A DNA stretch of 64,000 nt. Origin: Bacteroidota bacterium. Lineage in GTDB: Bacteria > Bacteroidota > Bacteroidia > JAHEXY01. Shown in pieces: positions 8,219-20,116 of this stretch; the stretch's first letter is position 1, and each line of letters starts with the position of its first letter. The stretch lies in NCBI GenBank assembly GCA_023251875.1, contig JAHEXY010000004.1:64854-128853 (forward strand), written 5' to 3'. A program made the translations under genes and the position numbers. The notes beneath the pieces were generated by a model. That model saw nothing but the letters and a program-made list of their open reading frames with translations, was not told where the DNA came from and ran no database searches.

Positions 8219-8932
8219 TTAAAAATTCGGCTTCAACAAATACCTCGCATAAAAATCATTGATGTGTTTTACTGCCTCATCAGCTGTATCAACAACAGCA
8301 AATAAATCTAAATCATCAGGGCTAATGGTTTTTTCTTTATCACGCATGGCTGCTTTGATCCATTCAAAAAGTCCACCCCAAAAATCTTTGCCAAGTAATA
8401 CAATAGGGAATCGTCCAATTTTATGTGTTTGAATTAAAGTTATGGCTTCAAAAAGTTCATCTAAGGTTCCAAATCCACCAGGCAATACAACAAAGCCTTG
8501 AGAATATTTCATAAACATTACTTTACGTACAAAAAAGTAATCGAAATTTATCAGCTTATCATAATCAATATAAGGATTGGCTTGTTGTTCAAAAGGCAAT
8601 TCAATATTTAAACCCACAGATTTTCCTGCCCCTTCTTTTGCTCCTTTGTTGGCGGCTTCCATAATACCCGGGCCCCCTCCTGTTATTACACCATAACCGG
8701 ATTTGGTTAATTTAAAAGCTACTTCTTCTGCTAGTGCATAATATTTTTTATCCATTGCTGTACGTGCAGAACCAAATATGGAAACACATGGCCCTATCTT
8801 CGAAAGCTTGGTGAAGCCATCAACAAACTCTGCCATTATTTTAAAAATAGCCCATGAATCATTTGATTTTATTTCGCTCCAATCTTTGTTTTCAAAGGCT
8901 TTTTTTATTTTTTCTTCATCGTGATTTTGCAT
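8219..8932 (-). CDS. LOG-family protein (TIGR00730, cytokinin riboside 5'-monophosphate phosphoribohydrolase-like)
   Basis: Motifs GGGPGIMEAANKGA and LPGGFGTLDELFE are diagnostic of the LOG/YvdD family. Confidence 0.75.
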   Translation of the reverse strand: MQNHDEEKIKKAFENKDWSEIKSNDSWAIFKIMAEFVDGFTKLSKIGPCVSIFGSARTAMDKKYYALAEEVAFKLTKSGYGVITGGGPGIMEAANKGAKEGAGKSVGLNIELPFEQQANPYIDYDKLINFDYFFVRKVMFMKYSQGFVVLPGGFGTLDELFEAITLIQTHKIGRFPIVLLGKDFWGGLFEWIKAAMRDKEKTISPDDLDLFAVVDTADEAVKHINDFYARYLLKPNF

Positions 8933-8989
8933 ATATCATCTGGTTTTAATTCAGAAAGAATTTAATGCCAAATTGTAAAAAACATCTTT

Positions 8990-9147
8990 ATTATATCGCC
9001 CCTACGGGGCTTTGTTAAATTTGTGATTATTTATTTCTACAAATATTTTGCCCCTCTGGGGCTGTCGACCTCAGCTCCGTTAGGAGCTTAATCTTTGTAG
9101 AAAAAAGAATCAATTCAAATTAAAAGCTCCGTAGGAGCGACATTAGA
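8990..9147. repeat. cluster of four GC-rich trinucleotide-loop hairpins forming a degenerate copy of the modular repeat
   Basis: Hairpins: gccccTACggggc (8998-9010), gccccTCTggggc (9050-9062), agctccGTTAggagct, gctccGTAggagc. They are flanked by tctacaaa...tttgtaga, which mirrors the ctacaata...tattgtag flanks of copies A-C. Confidence 0.5.
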
Positions 9148-9200
9148 TAAAGTTTTTATGTTTATAACAGTTCTGATTTAGATTCCTTTTGATTATATTA

Positions 9201-12083
9201 TTATTTACTTGTTATTAATTGTTTCTTATTTTTCAATTGTATTGGATTCATTTCCTCTTTCAAAAACTTAGCTGTATAACTTTCTTTGTTTTTCACTACT
9301 TCTTCAGGTGTGCCTTCACAAACCAGATAGCCGCCTTTACCTCCACCTTCCGGTCCCATATCAACAATATAGTCTGCAACTTTTATTACATCTAAATTAT
9401 GTTCGATCACCACAAATGTATTTCCCTTTTCAATCAAGCGATTGATTACCTCTAGCAATATTCTTACATCTTCAAAATGCAAACCGGTTGTGGGTTCATC
9501 TAAAATATAAATGGTGTTTCCTGTATCGCGTTTGGCTAATTCAGCAGCCAATTTTACGCGCTGTGCCTCCCCTCCTGATAAAGTGGTGGATGGTTGCCCA
9601 AGGGTAATATATCCCAAACCAACATCGCCAATGGTTTTTATTTTTTGCACAATGGAAGGAATATTTTCAAAAAACTCCACCGCTTGTGCAATGGGCATAT
9701 TTAAAATATCATTGATATTTTTTCCACGATAGCGAATTTGCAAAGTTTCTTTGTTATAGCGTTGTGCCTTACAGGTATCGCAATGCACATACACATCGGG
9801 CAAGAAACTCATTTCAATGGTTTTTAATCCGGCTCCTTGACAATCTTCACATCTTCCTCCTTTAACATTAAATGAAAAACGGCCAGGTTGGTATCCTCTA
9901 ATTTTTGATTCGGGTAAAGAGGCAAATAAATTTCTAATATCTGTAAAAACACCGGTATATGTTGCAGGATTTGAGCGTGGCGTACGGCCAATAGGTGATT
10001 GATCAATATCAATTACTTTATCTAAATGCTGAACTCCATCCATTTTTACATAGGGCAATGGCATTGCAGTTGAACGATAAAATGTTTTACTTAAAATAGG
10101 ATACAGTGTTTCTGTAATCAAACTTGACTTGCCACTTCCCGAAACACCCGTAATGCAAATAAAAGTTCCTAAAGGAAGATGTAAATTTACATTTTTGAGA
10201 TTGTGTCCTGTTGCGCCTTGAAGGCTTAAATATTTTCCATTTCCTTTTCGTCTTTTCTCAGGAATGGCAATTGTTTTTTCTCCTCTTAAATATTGCGCAG
10301 TTAATGAATCTGAATTCATAATTACTGATGGGATACCTTCTGCAACAATTTTACCTCCATTTACACCTGCTCCCGGACCAATATCCACCACATAATCTGC
10401 AGCCATGATCATGTCTTTATCATGCTCCACTACAATTACTGAATTACCAATATCCCTTAATTGTTTTAATGAATCAATTAATTTTTCATTATCTCTTTGA
10501 TGCAAACCAATGCTGGGTTCATCTAAAATATAAAGCACACCTGTTAAACGAGAACCAATTTGTGTAGCCAAACGAATACGCTGTGTTTCACCTCCTGATA
10601 AACTCCCTGAGCTTCTATTCAATGAAATATATCCAAGCCCTACTCTCAATAAAAATTCTAAACGAGAACTAATTTCTTTCAAAATTTCTTTTGCAATGGC
10701 CAATTGTTTTTTACTCAATTCCGGATCTACATTGCATATCCATTCATATAAATGAATAATATCCATATTGGATAGGTCAGCTATATTTTTACCTGCCAAT
10801 TTAAAATACATGGCCTCTTTTCTTAAACGCCCTCCATTACATTCGGTACATTCAACTTCTTCCATATAACTTTCAGCCCAAGTGCTCAATACATCTGTTC
10901 CGGCATTTTCATGCTGTTTACGAATAAAATTTACAATGCCTTCGAAATTTAATGAATAAGAAATACCACTACTTGTTGCATCAGCTTTTACTTTAAAAAC
11001 TTCGCTCGATCCATATAAGATTACATGTAATGCATCTTCAGGAATATTTTTTATAGGAGAAGAAAGTTTGAATTTATATTTTTCTGCAATAGCCTCTAGT
11101 TGCCTAAAAATCCAAGAATTTTTAGATGTTCCTAATGGAGCTATTCCTCCTTTATCAATACTTATAGATGAATCAGGAATAATTTTTTGAATATCAATTG
11201 CTGACATTACACCCAAGCCATTGCATTTTTTACAAGCACCATAAGGTGAATTAAACGAAAACATATTAGGAGCAGGAGCATCATAAGAAATACCGGATGT
11301 AGGACACATTAATTTTTTGCTATACACCTTTACTACATTTTCAGTAGTATCCAAGATCATGATGGTACCTTTGCCATATTTTAATGCAGTGCGAACTGAT
11401 TCTCGAATGCGTTGGGTTAGATCTTCTGAAACCGACATGCGATCAATCACAATTTCTATATCGTGCGTTTTATAACGATCGAGCAATAAGCCATAAGAGA
11501 GTTCTCGAATTTCACCATCAATACGCGCACGCAAAAAGCCCCATTTTAATATTTGTTCAAACAATTCGCGATAGCTTCCTTTTCTTGCTCTCACTATTGG
11601 AGAAAGTATGGCAATCTTTTTTTTACTGTATACATTCAACACCAATGAAACAATTTGTTCATCGGTATACTGAATCATTTTTTCTCCTGTTACATAAGAA
11701 AATGCATCGCCTGCCCGAGCAAAAAGCAAACGCAAGAAATCATAAATTTCAGTAATGGTACCAACAGTAGAGCGAGGATTTTTATTGGTAGTTTTTTGTT
11801 CAATAGCAATAACCGGGCTCAATCCTTTTATATTATCTACATCAGGTCTTTCAAGTTTTCCGATAAATTGTCGTGCATAAGCCGAAAAACTTTCAATGTA
11901 CCTGCGTTGTCCTTCTGCATAAATAGTATCAAAAGCAAGAGAAGATTTTCCGCTCCCACTTAATCCGGTAAAAACAACTAATTTATTTCTCGGAATAATA
12001 AGGTCAATATTTTTGAGATTATGTTCGCGAGCGCCATAAACTTCAAGTGTTTCGTTTTCAGGTTGTTTTATAGATTTATCCAT
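9201..12083 (-). CDS. uvrA: excinuclease ABC subunit A
   Basis: 960 aa with two ABC ATPase modules ([24 protein letters not shown]), zinc-finger Cys clusters, and LSGGE signature motifs. Confidence 0.95.
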   Translation of the reverse strand: MDKSIKQPENETLEVYGAREHNLKNIDLIIPRNKLVVFTGLSGSGKSSLAFDTIYAEGQRRYIESFSAYARQFIGKLERPDVDNIKGLSPVIAIEQKTTNKNPRSTVGTITEIYDFLRLLFARAGDAFSYVTGEKMIQYTDEQIVSLVLNVYSKKKIAILSPIVRARKGSYRELFEQILKWGFLRARIDGEIRELSYGLLLDRYKTHDIEIVIDRMSVSEDLTQRIRESVRTALKYGKGTIMILDTTENVVKVYSKKLMCPTSGISYDAPAPNMFSFNSPYGACKKCNGLGVMSAIDIQKIIPDSSISIDKGGIAPLGTSKNSWIFRQLEAIAEKYKFKLSSPIKNIPEDALHVILYGSSEVFKVKADATSSGISYSLNFEGIVNFIRKQHENAGTDVLSTWAESYMEEVECTECNGGRLRKEAMYFKLAGKNIADLSNMDIIHLYEWICNVDPELSKKQLAIAKEILKEISSRLEFLLRVGLGYISLNRSSGSLSGGETQRIRLATQIGSRLTGVLYILDEPSIGLHQRDNEKLIDSLKQLRDIGNSVIVVEHDKDMIMAADYVVDIGPGAGVNGGKIVAEGIPSVIMNSDSLTAQYLRGEKTIAIPEKRRKGNGKYLSLQGATGHNLKNVNLHLPLGTFICITGVSGSGKSSLITETLYPILSKTFYRSTAMPLPYVKMDGVQHLDKVIDIDQSPIGRTPRSNPATYTGVFTDIRNLFASLPESKIRGYQPGRFSFNVKGGRCEDCQGAGLKTIEMSFLPDVYVHCDTCKAQRYNKETLQIRYRGKNINDILNMPIAQAVEFFENIPSIVQKIKTIGDVGLGYITLGQPSTTLSGGEAQRVKLAAELAKRDTGNTIYILDEPTTGLHFEDVRILLEVINRLIEKGNTFVVIEHNLDVIKVADYIVDMGPEGGGKGGYLVCEGTPEEVVKNKESYTAKFLKEEMNPIQLKNKKQLITSK

Positions 12084-12118
12084 TATTTGGTATCAAAATG
12101 CAAAGATAGCATCATTAT

Positions 12119-12562
12119 TTAAGAAAGTAATCTTCTATGGTAATTCAGTTGCCCAAGATGATAGTTAAAATGGGTAAGTAAATGCAAAAGCATATAATCA
12201 GTTTTTACAATTTTGCCATGTTTTTCTAAAGGAAAGTCTTTAGTAAAATCATTTTCTGATAAGCTTTGAAGGGTTTTGTTAACTACAACAATTGTTTTTT
12301 CAATATCAACTATTAACTCTTTCTTAGGAATATTTTTCAAAGAAAATTCGCTATCTCTATCTCTTATATAACCAGAATTGCCAAGCGCTGCACCAATAAA
12401 GTGATTTAAATTTCCAACTAAGTGCAAACAAATATTACCTGCTGAATTATTGATACTATTTTCTACCATCCATAAAGTAGTTTCATCTCTATATAAATTG
12501 ATTTCTTCCGATAATTTTCTCAAATCTCTTTCAAAAATTTCGAGTAATGATTCTTTAAGCAT
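12119..12562 (-). CDS. DinB/YfiT-like (DUF1572-type) four-helix-bundle protein
   Basis: 147 aa. The conserved His pattern (HLVGNLNHF...HLLTHFNYHLGQL) is typical of the DinB_2 superfamily. Confidence 0.45.
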   Translation of the reverse strand: MLKESLLEIFERDLRKLSEEINLYRDETTLWMVENSINNSAGNICLHLVGNLNHFIGAALGNSGYIRDRDSEFSLKNIPKKELIVDIEKTIVVVNKTLQSLSENDFTKDFPLEKHGKIVKTDYMLLHLLTHFNYHLGQLNYHRRLLS

Positions 12563-12630
12563 GGTTTTTAGTTTAATTTTACATCCTAAACACTACAAAA
12601 ATATTAATTATTGATGTTTATTTAATTACC

Positions 12631-13983
12631 ATGAAAATATTATTGTTCACTATTGCTATTATTTTTCTTATTGAAACAACATTTGCGCAACAAAAAGGCG
12701 AACCCTTTGAAGATATTGATGCTACTTGGCAAAATGGTAACGACCGTAGAGATTCATCGGTATTTAAAAACATGAAATATTTTTCACCCAGTATTCTAAT
12801 GGATGTAAACTATACTTATTCTTTTAATCGTCCCAACGACAATACAGTTATTGGTTCTACTGCACTAGCAAGAGATAATGAAATTCAACTTTCTGCTTTG
12901 CATTTTGGAGGAGATTTTAATTACAAAGGTGCAAGAGCAAGATTTATGACGCAGTTTGGAACACGTTCTATTGCTGTTCCTCGTAATGACTATAGTCCCT
13001 ATCGTGGACAATATCAATTGGCAAATGTGTATCGTTATTTAAGCGAAGCTTATGCCGGATATCATTTCGAAAAATGGTATGGGATTAATGTTGATGCAGG
13101 AATGTTTATGTCGTACATAGGCCTAAATTCATATTACCAAGCAGAAAACTGGGAATACCAGGCATCTTACACTTCAGATAATACGCCATGGTATTTTAAT
13201 GGATTGCGAATTCAAATTTTTCCAACTAAGCATTTAAAAATTGAATCTTGGATTATAAATGGTTGGCAAAGCTATGGCAAATTTAATAATATGCCGGGAA
13301 TGGGTGGCAATGTTACTTGGCAACCCAATAGTAACCTAAAATTATTAAGCAATAATTATTACGGAACTGATGCAGCAGGATTACCGGCAAGAAAACGTTT
13401 TCACTCCGACAATAGTTTTTTGCTTCGTTATTACAACAAACCCGAATCGAAAGGAATAAGTAAAATTGCATTTTCTTTAACTAGCGATATCGGTTTTGAA
13501 AAAGGAGCCGGTGTAAATGGTTTCACTAATGGAGACTCTATACAAGGTCCTGCACAATATTTTGTGAGTGCCATGTTTTACAATCGTGTTTGGTTTGCTA
13601 AAAATAAATTAGCATGGACAATTGGTGGAGGTCTAATGACAAATCCTGGACGTTATTTAGTTCTTTACCCAACAGGGCAAGCAAGTCCATTGCCCAACCC
13701 TAATAATCCTACTCAAACAGAAGGAGCATTTCCGTTTAGTGCAAATCCTGGTGATCAATTTAAAGGTTGGGATTGTTCAACCAATTTTGATTTTATGCCC
13801 AATCAAAGTATTACATTTCGTGTTGAATTGGTGCACCGAAAATCAAGTGTGCCTTATTTTGCAGGGGCAGGTGGTGTTACTTCTCAAACCGGATATGCAA
13901 CTTCTATCTTAGATCCTAATTGGAGACCCGACTTAGTAAAATCTGAAACCAGAATTATTTTTGCACTGCTTTTCAGAATCTAG
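12631..13983 (+). CDS. outer-membrane beta-barrel (porin-like) protein
   Basis: Signal peptide MKILLFTIAIIFLIETTFAQ. Alternating aromatic/Gly-rich strands and a C-terminal ...IIFALLFRI, with terminal Phe or Arg-Ile typical of OM barrels. Confidence 0.45.
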   Translation: MKILLFTIAIIFLIETTFAQQKGEPFEDIDATWQNGNDRRDSSVFKNMKYFSPSILMDVNYTYSFNRPNDNTVIGSTALARDNEIQLSALHFGGDFNYKGARARFMTQFGTRSIAVPRNDYSPYRGQYQLANVYRYLSEAYAGYHFEKWYGINVDAGMFMSYIGLNSYYQAENWEYQASYTSDNTPWYFNGLRIQIFPTKHLKIESWIINGWQSYGKFNNMPGMGGNVTWQPNSNLKLLSNNYYGTDAAGLPARKRFHSDNSFLLRYYNKPESKGISKIAFSLTSDIGFEKGAGVNGFTNGDSIQGPAQYFVSAMFYNRVWFAKNKLAWTIGGGLMTNPGRYLVLYPTGQASPLPNPNNPTQTEGAFPFSANPGDQFKGWDCSTNFDFMPNQSITFRVELVHRKSSVPYFAGAGGVTSQTGYATSILDPNWRPDLVKSETRIIFALLFRI

Positions 13984-14099
13984 AAACATGCTTAGTGCAT
14001 CAAATCATCAAACTCCTTTTGTCCGCTTAAAGAACTAAAAACAGGATCCTTTAAAATACTTGCATCAAATAAAGAACAAGAATCTATATTTGAAATTAT

Positions 14100-15152
14100 T
14101 TAATTCTTAACAACAGAATCTTTGTTTATTAAATTGCCAGAAGCAGAAGTATCTTTAGTTATAGCAGTAGAGTCTTTTTCTGAATTTTCTCCTTCATCAT
14201 AATTATAACCATGATCGAGTAAATAATCTTCGTTCACAAAATTTTTAGGAAGTGTAATAATATATTTTTTATGGTCAATATTGGTAAGATAATTTTGCCT
14301 TAACCAAGGATTAAATATTTTTAGAATCTTGTAATTTATATTTTGAGAAGATGCAAAATTTGCAAGATCAGCAATAGAAGAATCTACAGCAATAGTAAAG
14401 GTAGTAATGGGCTTGTATAGATTTTTTGCTGAAATGTAATACCCGTATTTTTGAGGGTTTGTAATAATTAGTTTTACGGCAAGGGCTCTAAATACATACC
14501 TTGAAGTTTCTTCATTCAGCAATAAATCATAATAGTTTTCAGCTTTTTGTCTTTCCATTTGATTTTGAATTCCTCCAATACCCATATTGTATGAAGCCGC
14601 CACTAATGTCCAACTTTTTAGTGCTTTATAGGCCTCCAATAAATACTTGCATGCAGCATCGGTAGATTTTTCAATATGATACCTTTCATCAACCTCATCA
14701 TTTATTTCTAACCCTTTATCTTTTGCTGTTCCTTCCATGAGTTGCCAAAAACCTGTAGCACCCATTGGAGAAACCAAATTGGTAAAACCACTTTCAACCA
14801 AAGCTAAATATTTAAAATCATCAGGAACACCATTCTTTTTTAAAATAGGCTCAATTAAAGGAAAATATTTGTAGGCTCTTTTATGAAATAAAAGTGTTTG
14901 TGATTGCCAATAGGTGTTCACTAAAAGTTCACGATCGAGGCGCTCATAAACATCAATAATTTCAAGAGGTACTCTTTCACCGGCAAAATCAACCTTTTTG
15001 GGAATATCAATGCTAAATGCAGAAAATGACTTTGTAGAATCAATAGATTGCTCATTGGTTCCACTTTGATGTTCTACAGCATAATTAAATAGTTTCAGTA
15101 CAGCAGCCAAACTAATAATGCCTAAAATAGAAATAAGTACTTTTTTAATCAT
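14100..15152 (-). CDS. lytic transglycosylase (SLT-domain) protein
   Basis: SLT catalytic region ALVESGF...AASYNMGIGGIQ, plus an N-terminal signal/anchor. Confidence 0.65.
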   Translation of the reverse strand: MIKKVLISILGIISLAAVLKLFNYAVEHQSGTNEQSIDSTKSFSAFSIDIPKKVDFAGERVPLEIIDVYERLDRELLVNTYWQSQTLLFHKRAYKYFPLIEPILKKNGVPDDFKYLALVESGFTNLVSPMGATGFWQLMEGTAKDKGLEINDEVDERYHIEKSTDAACKYLLEAYKALKSWTLVAASYNMGIGGIQNQMERQKAENYYDLLLNEETSRYVFRALAVKLIITNPQKYGYYISAKNLYKPITTFTIAVDSSIADLANFASSQNINYKILKIFNPWLRQNYLTNIDHKKYIITLPKNFVNEDYLLDHGYNYDEGENSEKDSTAITKDTSASGNLINKDSVVKN

Positions 15153-15214
15153 AATAAAAAAACGGGTAAAATCTTTTGACTTTACCCGCGAAATATAAGT
15201 AGAAATTTTGAGTT

Positions 15215-16369
15215 TTACACTTTATGCATCCAACCAAAATTATCGGTTGAAGTTCCATATTTAATATTGGTTAATTCTTCTGAAATTTTCCATGATAAAG
15301 AATTTGCATTTGCATCGGCTAAATGATAATCTTTATCTTCGTGACCAATTGTTTTAATATGTGCAATAGTAGCAGCAGTACCTGTTCCAAAGGCTTCGGT
15401 TAATTTGCCAGCATTATAAGCTTCTATTAATTCTGTTACCGTTATAGTACGTTCTTCAACTTTTACACCCCATTCACGAGCTACAGATAAAACCGAATGA
15501 CGTGTAATACCTGGTAATTTTGTATCAGAAAGTTGTGGCGTAACCAAAACATTATCTATAACAAACATTACATTCATGGTTCCGGCTTCTTCTATATTTT
15601 GATGTTCTGAAGCGTCTGTCCAGATTACTTGATGGTAACCTTTGTTTTTTGCTATTTGAGATGGAAACATTACTGCGCCATAATTTCCTGCAGCTTTTGC
15701 ATTACCAACACCTCCCTTTGCAGCACGAGAATAATGGGTTTCTATATATACTTTTAAAGGTTCGTTGTAATATTTACCAGCTGGCGATGCTATGATTAAA
15801 AATTTATATTCATCAGAAGGTTTTACAATAATTCGCTCTTCAGTAGCAAACATCATTGGGCGCAAATAAAGAGAATAACCTTTTTTCTCAGGTATCCAAT
15901 CACTATCTGCAATAATCAATTGACGTAAACCTTCTATAAAAAGTTTATCCGGAACCTTGGGCATACACATACGGCTTGCAGACTGATTAAATCTTTTTAT
16001 ATTATCGTGTGGACGAAACATCATGTTCTCGCCTTTAAAATTTTTGTAGGCTTTCATACCTTCAAAAATAGCTTGGCCATAATGCAAGGCAGAAATAGAA
16101 GGACTCAATTCTAATTTTCCGTAAGGGAGAATTTTAGCTTCTTGCCATTTGTTATTGTAATAGTCAACAACAAACATGTGATCAGTAAATACCTTTCCAA
16201 AAGGAATATTTTCTAAATCGATTTGTTGTAGTTTAGAGCTCATTGCTTTTTGCACTTCAAATTGAACAACATCCATAATCATAGGAATTAGGTTTTTTGT
16301 TACACTAATCGCCACTTTGCTCTTGCTTGATCCCAAGGTAATTTTTTTGACCGCTAAATCCATTTTCAA
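15215..16369 (-). CDS. ilvE: branched-chain amino acid aminotransferase (class IV)
   Basis: Class IV aminotransferase blocks (YGQAIFEGMKAY, GNYGAVMFPSQ, and the EAGTMNVMFV region). Length fits the eukaryote-like BCAT group. The true start may be internal. Confidence 0.8.
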   Translation of the reverse strand: MKMDLAVKKITLGSSKSKVAISVTKNLIPMIMDVVQFEVQKAMSSKLQQIDLENIPFGKVFTDHMFVVDYYNNKWQEAKILPYGKLELSPSISALHYGQAIFEGMKAYKNFKGENMMFRPHDNIKRFNQSASRMCMPKVPDKLFIEGLRQLIIADSDWIPEKKGYSLYLRPMMFATEERIIVKPSDEYKFLIIASPAGKYYNEPLKVYIETHYSRAAKGGVGNAKAAGNYGAVMFPSQIAKNKGYHQVIWTDASEHQNIEEAGTMNVMFVIDNVLVTPQLSDTKLPGITRHSVLSVAREWGVKVEERTITVTELIEAYNAGKLTEAFGTGTAATIAHIKTIGHEDKDYHLADANANSLSWKISEELTNIKYGTSTDNFGWMHKV

Positions 16370-16514
16370 AACAATATAATTGTTAACAAGATTTTATGTT
16401 TACCAACAATTGTTTTGATCCTTATACGTAAAATGGGCTGTAAATGTTCGGGAATTAAGCTTTTATATGCTTAACGAACTGGTAAACAATGGTAATAAAT
16501 ATAAATAGCAGTAT

Positions 16515-17405
16515 TTAAAAATGATATCCATCAAAGTCCTCAGTAAATTCTGTGGGAGAAAAAGAGGGATTAAGCTTAAGATTCGTATACTCATACCTTT
16601 CAAATAATCCCTTGTCATCATACATTTTTTGTGCCCAAGGAATAAAAGAGGTTGTATCAATAATTAAATAAGTGATCTTAGCATAAGCCGAAGGTATTTT
16701 AATTACATCTCCAGCATTTACATCATCATAATCTGATAAAGAAGGATTCTGAATAAGTATTTGATATTCGTTCAACATATTTTTATGAGCAATAGTTATT
16801 AATGTTTCGTTTGCTTTTACGGTATAGTCTATATTTCTATAATTTGGTGCTGCAATTTTTACTACATAGCAAGTATGCCCTTCATAAATGGTATCTTTTT
16901 GTAAAGAAAATATATTTTCAAATCCCAAGCCTAGCGCTTTGGTATATGCATTTTTAATAATATTGGCTAAAAATGAAAAACCCGCATCATATAAAGCATG
17001 ATGTTGGTCTTTATGCATAAGCGAGCCATTAGGATCGAGACTCAGATTTGTCCATGGAAAACCATTTGGATTTACATTTGCTGATTTTGCATTTTTTTCA
17101 GCATCAAATAACACTTCAATTCCTTTATTGGGTTTAAGATTATAGTCGTAAAACTTAAGAGGTGAAACATTTATTTTTTGAAAGTCTTCGGCATAAATGG
17201 TTTTGTCTTTAAACCGCTCCCAAGAACGCTGAGTAAAAGAAGCTGTCTTGACCTTATAAATAGATTCAAGCATTTTTTCAATAATCTGTTGGGTACTTAA
17301 ATTTTGGGCAAATAAGATAGTAACACTCAATAAACCTACTATTACCAACAATAATTTTTTCATCTGAAAATAATTTATTTTTAAAAGGTCAGATGGAACA
17401 CACAT
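16515..17405 (-). CDS. secreted protein with a C-terminal LysM-like domain
   Basis: Signal peptide MKKLLLVIVGLLSVTILFAQ. LysM-like segment DYTVKANETLITIAHKNMLNEYQILIQNP...VNAGDVIKIP. The ORF call includes a probable upstream over-extension. Confidence 0.5.
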   Translation of the reverse strand: MCVPSDLLKINYFQMKKLLLVIVGLLSVTILFAQNLSTQQIIEKMLESIYKVKTASFTQRSWERFKDKTIYAEDFQKINVSPLKFYDYNLKPNKGIEVLFDAEKNAKSANVNPNGFPWTNLSLDPNGSLMHKDQHHALYDAGFSFLANIIKNAYTKALGLGFENIFSLQKDTIYEGHTCYVVKIAAPNYRNIDYTVKANETLITIAHKNMLNEYQILIQNPSLSDYDDVNAGDVIKIPSAYAKITYLIIDTTSFIPWAQKMYDDKGLFERYEYTNLKLNPSFSPTEFTEDFDGYHF

Positions 17406-17523
17406 CCTATTTTCATAGTTCTTTGTGAACTATTGTGCATGTATGTTTCATTTTTATTTATAGATCAAATTTATATTTCATTATTCAATACACATCACAA
17501 AGAAGAATCCCCCATTAGCAAAA

Positions 17524-17562
17524 TTAAAAAGCCCGATCTCTTTATACAAAGAAATCGGGCTT
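17524..17562 (-). terminator. rho-independent terminator downstream of gene 17589-18455
   Basis: Stem gcccgat...atcgggc is extended by ctcttt/aaagaa. On the minus strand the hairpin is followed by a U-run. Confidence 0.55.
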
Positions 17563-17588
17563 TACTTTATTTAAAAAACTAAACGCAA

Positions 17589-18455
17589 CTAATTTAAAAC
17601 CGATATTTTTTTAAGAAGATTTTGCTTTACATCTCCTGTTTCTACCGATAAATAATAAATACCTTGTGGTAAATCAGATACATTAAGCTGCATAGATTGA
17701 TGAACTTCTTCTGGCTTTAGGCTCATCACTTTTACACCAATAAGGTTAATAATATTGACTGCAGAAATTTGAGCTACACTACCCGATACATTAACATTTA
17801 AAAGGCTAGAAGTAGGATTAGGAAAAACATTTACACTCATATTCTGAACATAATTAGTATTACTAATTTCTGCAGTTTGATTATTGATATAGTCTGTTAA
17901 AACGCTTGAATAGATGTAAACATCAAATGTAAATTGAATACCATTTGAGAAACTAACATCGGCAGTTCCTATATTTACCACCTGTTCTTGTGGCAATTTA
18001 CCAGCAATGTTTTCACTAGTAACTAGGAATAATGGATCTTTTGCAGTAAGCTCACCGCCATCATCAATATCCTGACTTATTTGAATTTTTAACATGTTTT
18101 GGCTTTGCTCAAGAACATGATTGTATAATTTCATTTTCATAGTTGTCTGTTGGTTAATCATTTTGTAACTACCATTATTTGAGGAGGTACTCGAGCTATC
18201 TCCATCTAAATCTGCCGGCACATATACAAGTCCACTTTGTAATATTTCTGACAATACTGTTTCATTCGCATTCGTGACCTTATTAATATGAAACGTAATA
18301 AGCGTATTAACCGTAGCTTTGCTAAAATAATCATCTCCCGCAATTGCATTTTGATTACTAAAAGACATGCTGAATAACATAATACCGACTAACATAAATG
18401 GCTTAATTCCAAGTAAAATGTCTTGAAGAATAGAACGTAGATTTTTCGCTTCCAT
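17589..18455 (-). CDS. T9SS C-terminal-domain secreted protein
   Basis: C-terminus NVFPNPTSSLLNVNV...GIYYLSVETGDVKQNLLKKISVLN is a Por/T9SS sorting domain. An N-terminal signal-anchor is present. Confidence 0.6.
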   Translation of the reverse strand: MEAKNLRSILQDILLGIKPFMLVGIMLFSMSFSNQNAIAGDDYFSKATVNTLITFHINKVTNANETVLSEILQSGLVYVPADLDGDSSSTSSNNGSYKMINQQTTMKMKLYNHVLEQSQNMLKIQISQDIDDGGELTAKDPLFLVTSENIAGKLPQEQVVNIGTADVSFSNGIQFTFDVYIYSSVLTDYINNQTAEISNTNYVQNMSVNVFPNPTSSLLNVNVSGSVAQISAVNIINLIGVKVMSLKPEEVHQSMQLNVSDLPQGIYYLSVETGDVKQNLLKKISVLN

Positions 18456-18697
18456 AAATAATCCTCCTTAATTTTTTTAATTAAATTATATAATACAAAT
18501 ATTCTTTTTTAACATTACAATTTCAAAAACAAAAATTAGGGTTTGTCGCCCATCCTGATTTCTTTATTTAAAGCATCAGTTCTTAATTTATGAATTATAA
18601 TTATAATTAACAAGCTATTACAAAAAAATATATAAGCGAAATAGCGTTAAATTAAAGTCAATTTTGTCACTATTATTATAACGATTTAATACAATAA

Positions 18698-20116
18698 ATG
18701 CATAATTCTAAACTTTTTCATGAACTAAAAACCCTTTCAATAAAGGAATTAAAGGGATTTGAAAAGTATTTGAATTCTCCTTTTTTTAATAGTAACGACA
18801 CCCTAAAGTTACTGTTCTCTATTATAGAAAATTTTCATCCTACATACGTTCATAAAGATATTGAAAGAGAGCTTTTATTTAAAAAACTATTCCCGAAAGA
18901 CACTTTTGATGAAAAAAAAATTCGTTATGCCGTATCTGATCTCACAAAATTATTAGAAGATTATCTTTTGTATACTGAATTTAAAAAAGACAGTATTCTT
19001 AATAAACATTTTCTTTTAAAAAGTTTAAGTGAACGAAATATTGAAAAATACTTTCTTCAAACACTTGAAGAAACTAGTCTTTCTCAAGAAAAAAGCCAGT
19101 ATAGAAACATCGATTATTACTACCATCAATATTTACTTGAAGAGAATTCTTATTTATTTACTTCTAAAACACAAAATAGAGCTCTTGATACAAGTCTTCA
19201 AAATGTAGTGGATAACCTTGAATTATTTTATATTTCAAAAAGCCTCAGGTATTATTGTGAAATTATCAACCGCCAAAATATCTTAACCGTTGATTATAAT
19301 CTTCATTTTTTAAATGAAATTATGCATTATATTGACTCAAAAGGCTTTGACAATGTTCCCGTCATCATCATCTATTATAAAATATTGCAAACATTAACCA
19401 GTAATGATAATGAACAACATTATTACGACTTAATAGATTTGTTGGAACAACATGAAAGTAAATTTACAAGAGCTGAAATACATGACATGTATACCTTTGC
19501 TCAAAATTATTGTATTAGAAAAATAAATTCGGGTAAAACCGATTATATGCAGATTCTTTATGAGCTGTATAAAATATTACTTAAAAAAGATCTTCTAATA
19601 GAAGGGGATGTATTACCTCAATGGTATTATAAAAATATTGCAACACTGGCTATACGGCTTGAAGATTTTGAATGGGCAAAAAAATTTATTTATGATTATA
19701 AAAACAAATTATCTCCCGAACATCAGGAAAATGACTTTACATTTGCTCTTGCCATTTTACATTTCTCCATGAAAGAATATAAAAAAACGCTTTCCTTTTT
19801 AATTAATGTAGAATATACAGATGTATTTTACCATCTCGACTCCAAATCACTACTATTACGTACTTATTATGAATTAAATGATTGGGAACCTTTGCTCTCT
19901 TTAATTATTACCTTTAAAACCTATTTAAAAAGAAACAAACTCATTTCAAGCCATTACGGACAAACGTATTTTAACTTTGTAAATATTGTAAGTAAATTAA
20001 GTCAATTTAAAATGGGAAAAAATATAAATATTGATGAGGTAAAGAAAGAAATGGAAAATATAAAACAAATTGCAAACATTGTTTGGCTCGAAAAAAAAGT
20101 TGCTGAATTATCTTAA
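18698..20116 (+). CDS. hypothetical all-alpha (TPR-like) cytoplasmic protein
   Basis: 472 aa with no signal peptide. The composition is helical and repeat-like (YY/LL-rich). It lies immediately upstream of the T9SS cargo paralogue cluster. Confidence 0.3.
   Translation: MHNSKLFHELKTLSIKELKGFEKYLNSPFFNSNDTLKLLFSIIENFHPTYVHKDIERELLFKKLFPKDTFDEKKIRYAVSDLTKLLEDYLLYTEFKKDSILNKHFLLKSLSERNIEKYFLQTLEETSLSQEKSQYRNIDYYYHQYLLEENSYLFTSKTQNRALDTSLQNVVDNLELFYISKSLRYYCEIINRQNILTVDYNLHFLNEIMHYIDSKGFDNVPVIIIYYKILQTLTSNDNEQHYYDLIDLLEQHESKFTRAEIHDMYTFAQNYCIRKINSGKTDYMQILYELYKILLKKDLLIEGDVLPQWYYKNIATLAIRLEDFEWAKKFIYDYKNKLSPEHQENDFTFALAILHFSMKEYKKTLSFLINVEYTDVFYHLDSKSLLLRTYYELNDWEPLLSLIITFKTYLKRNKLISSHYGQTYFNFVNIVSKLSQFKMGKNINIDEVKKEMENIKQIANIVWLEKKVAELS

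Noticed and set aside
9511-11963. Several plus-strand ORFs (9511-9732, 11384-11755, 11655-11963) and one minus-strand out-of-frame ORF (9824-10012), all inside uvrA
   Set aside because: They are embedded in, and antisense to or out of frame with, a highly conserved uvrA reading frame, with no independent signals.
16463-16660. 65-aa minus-strand ORF overlapping the 3' part of gene 16515-17405
   Set aside because: It is an out-of-frame overlap with a longer, better-supported ORF.
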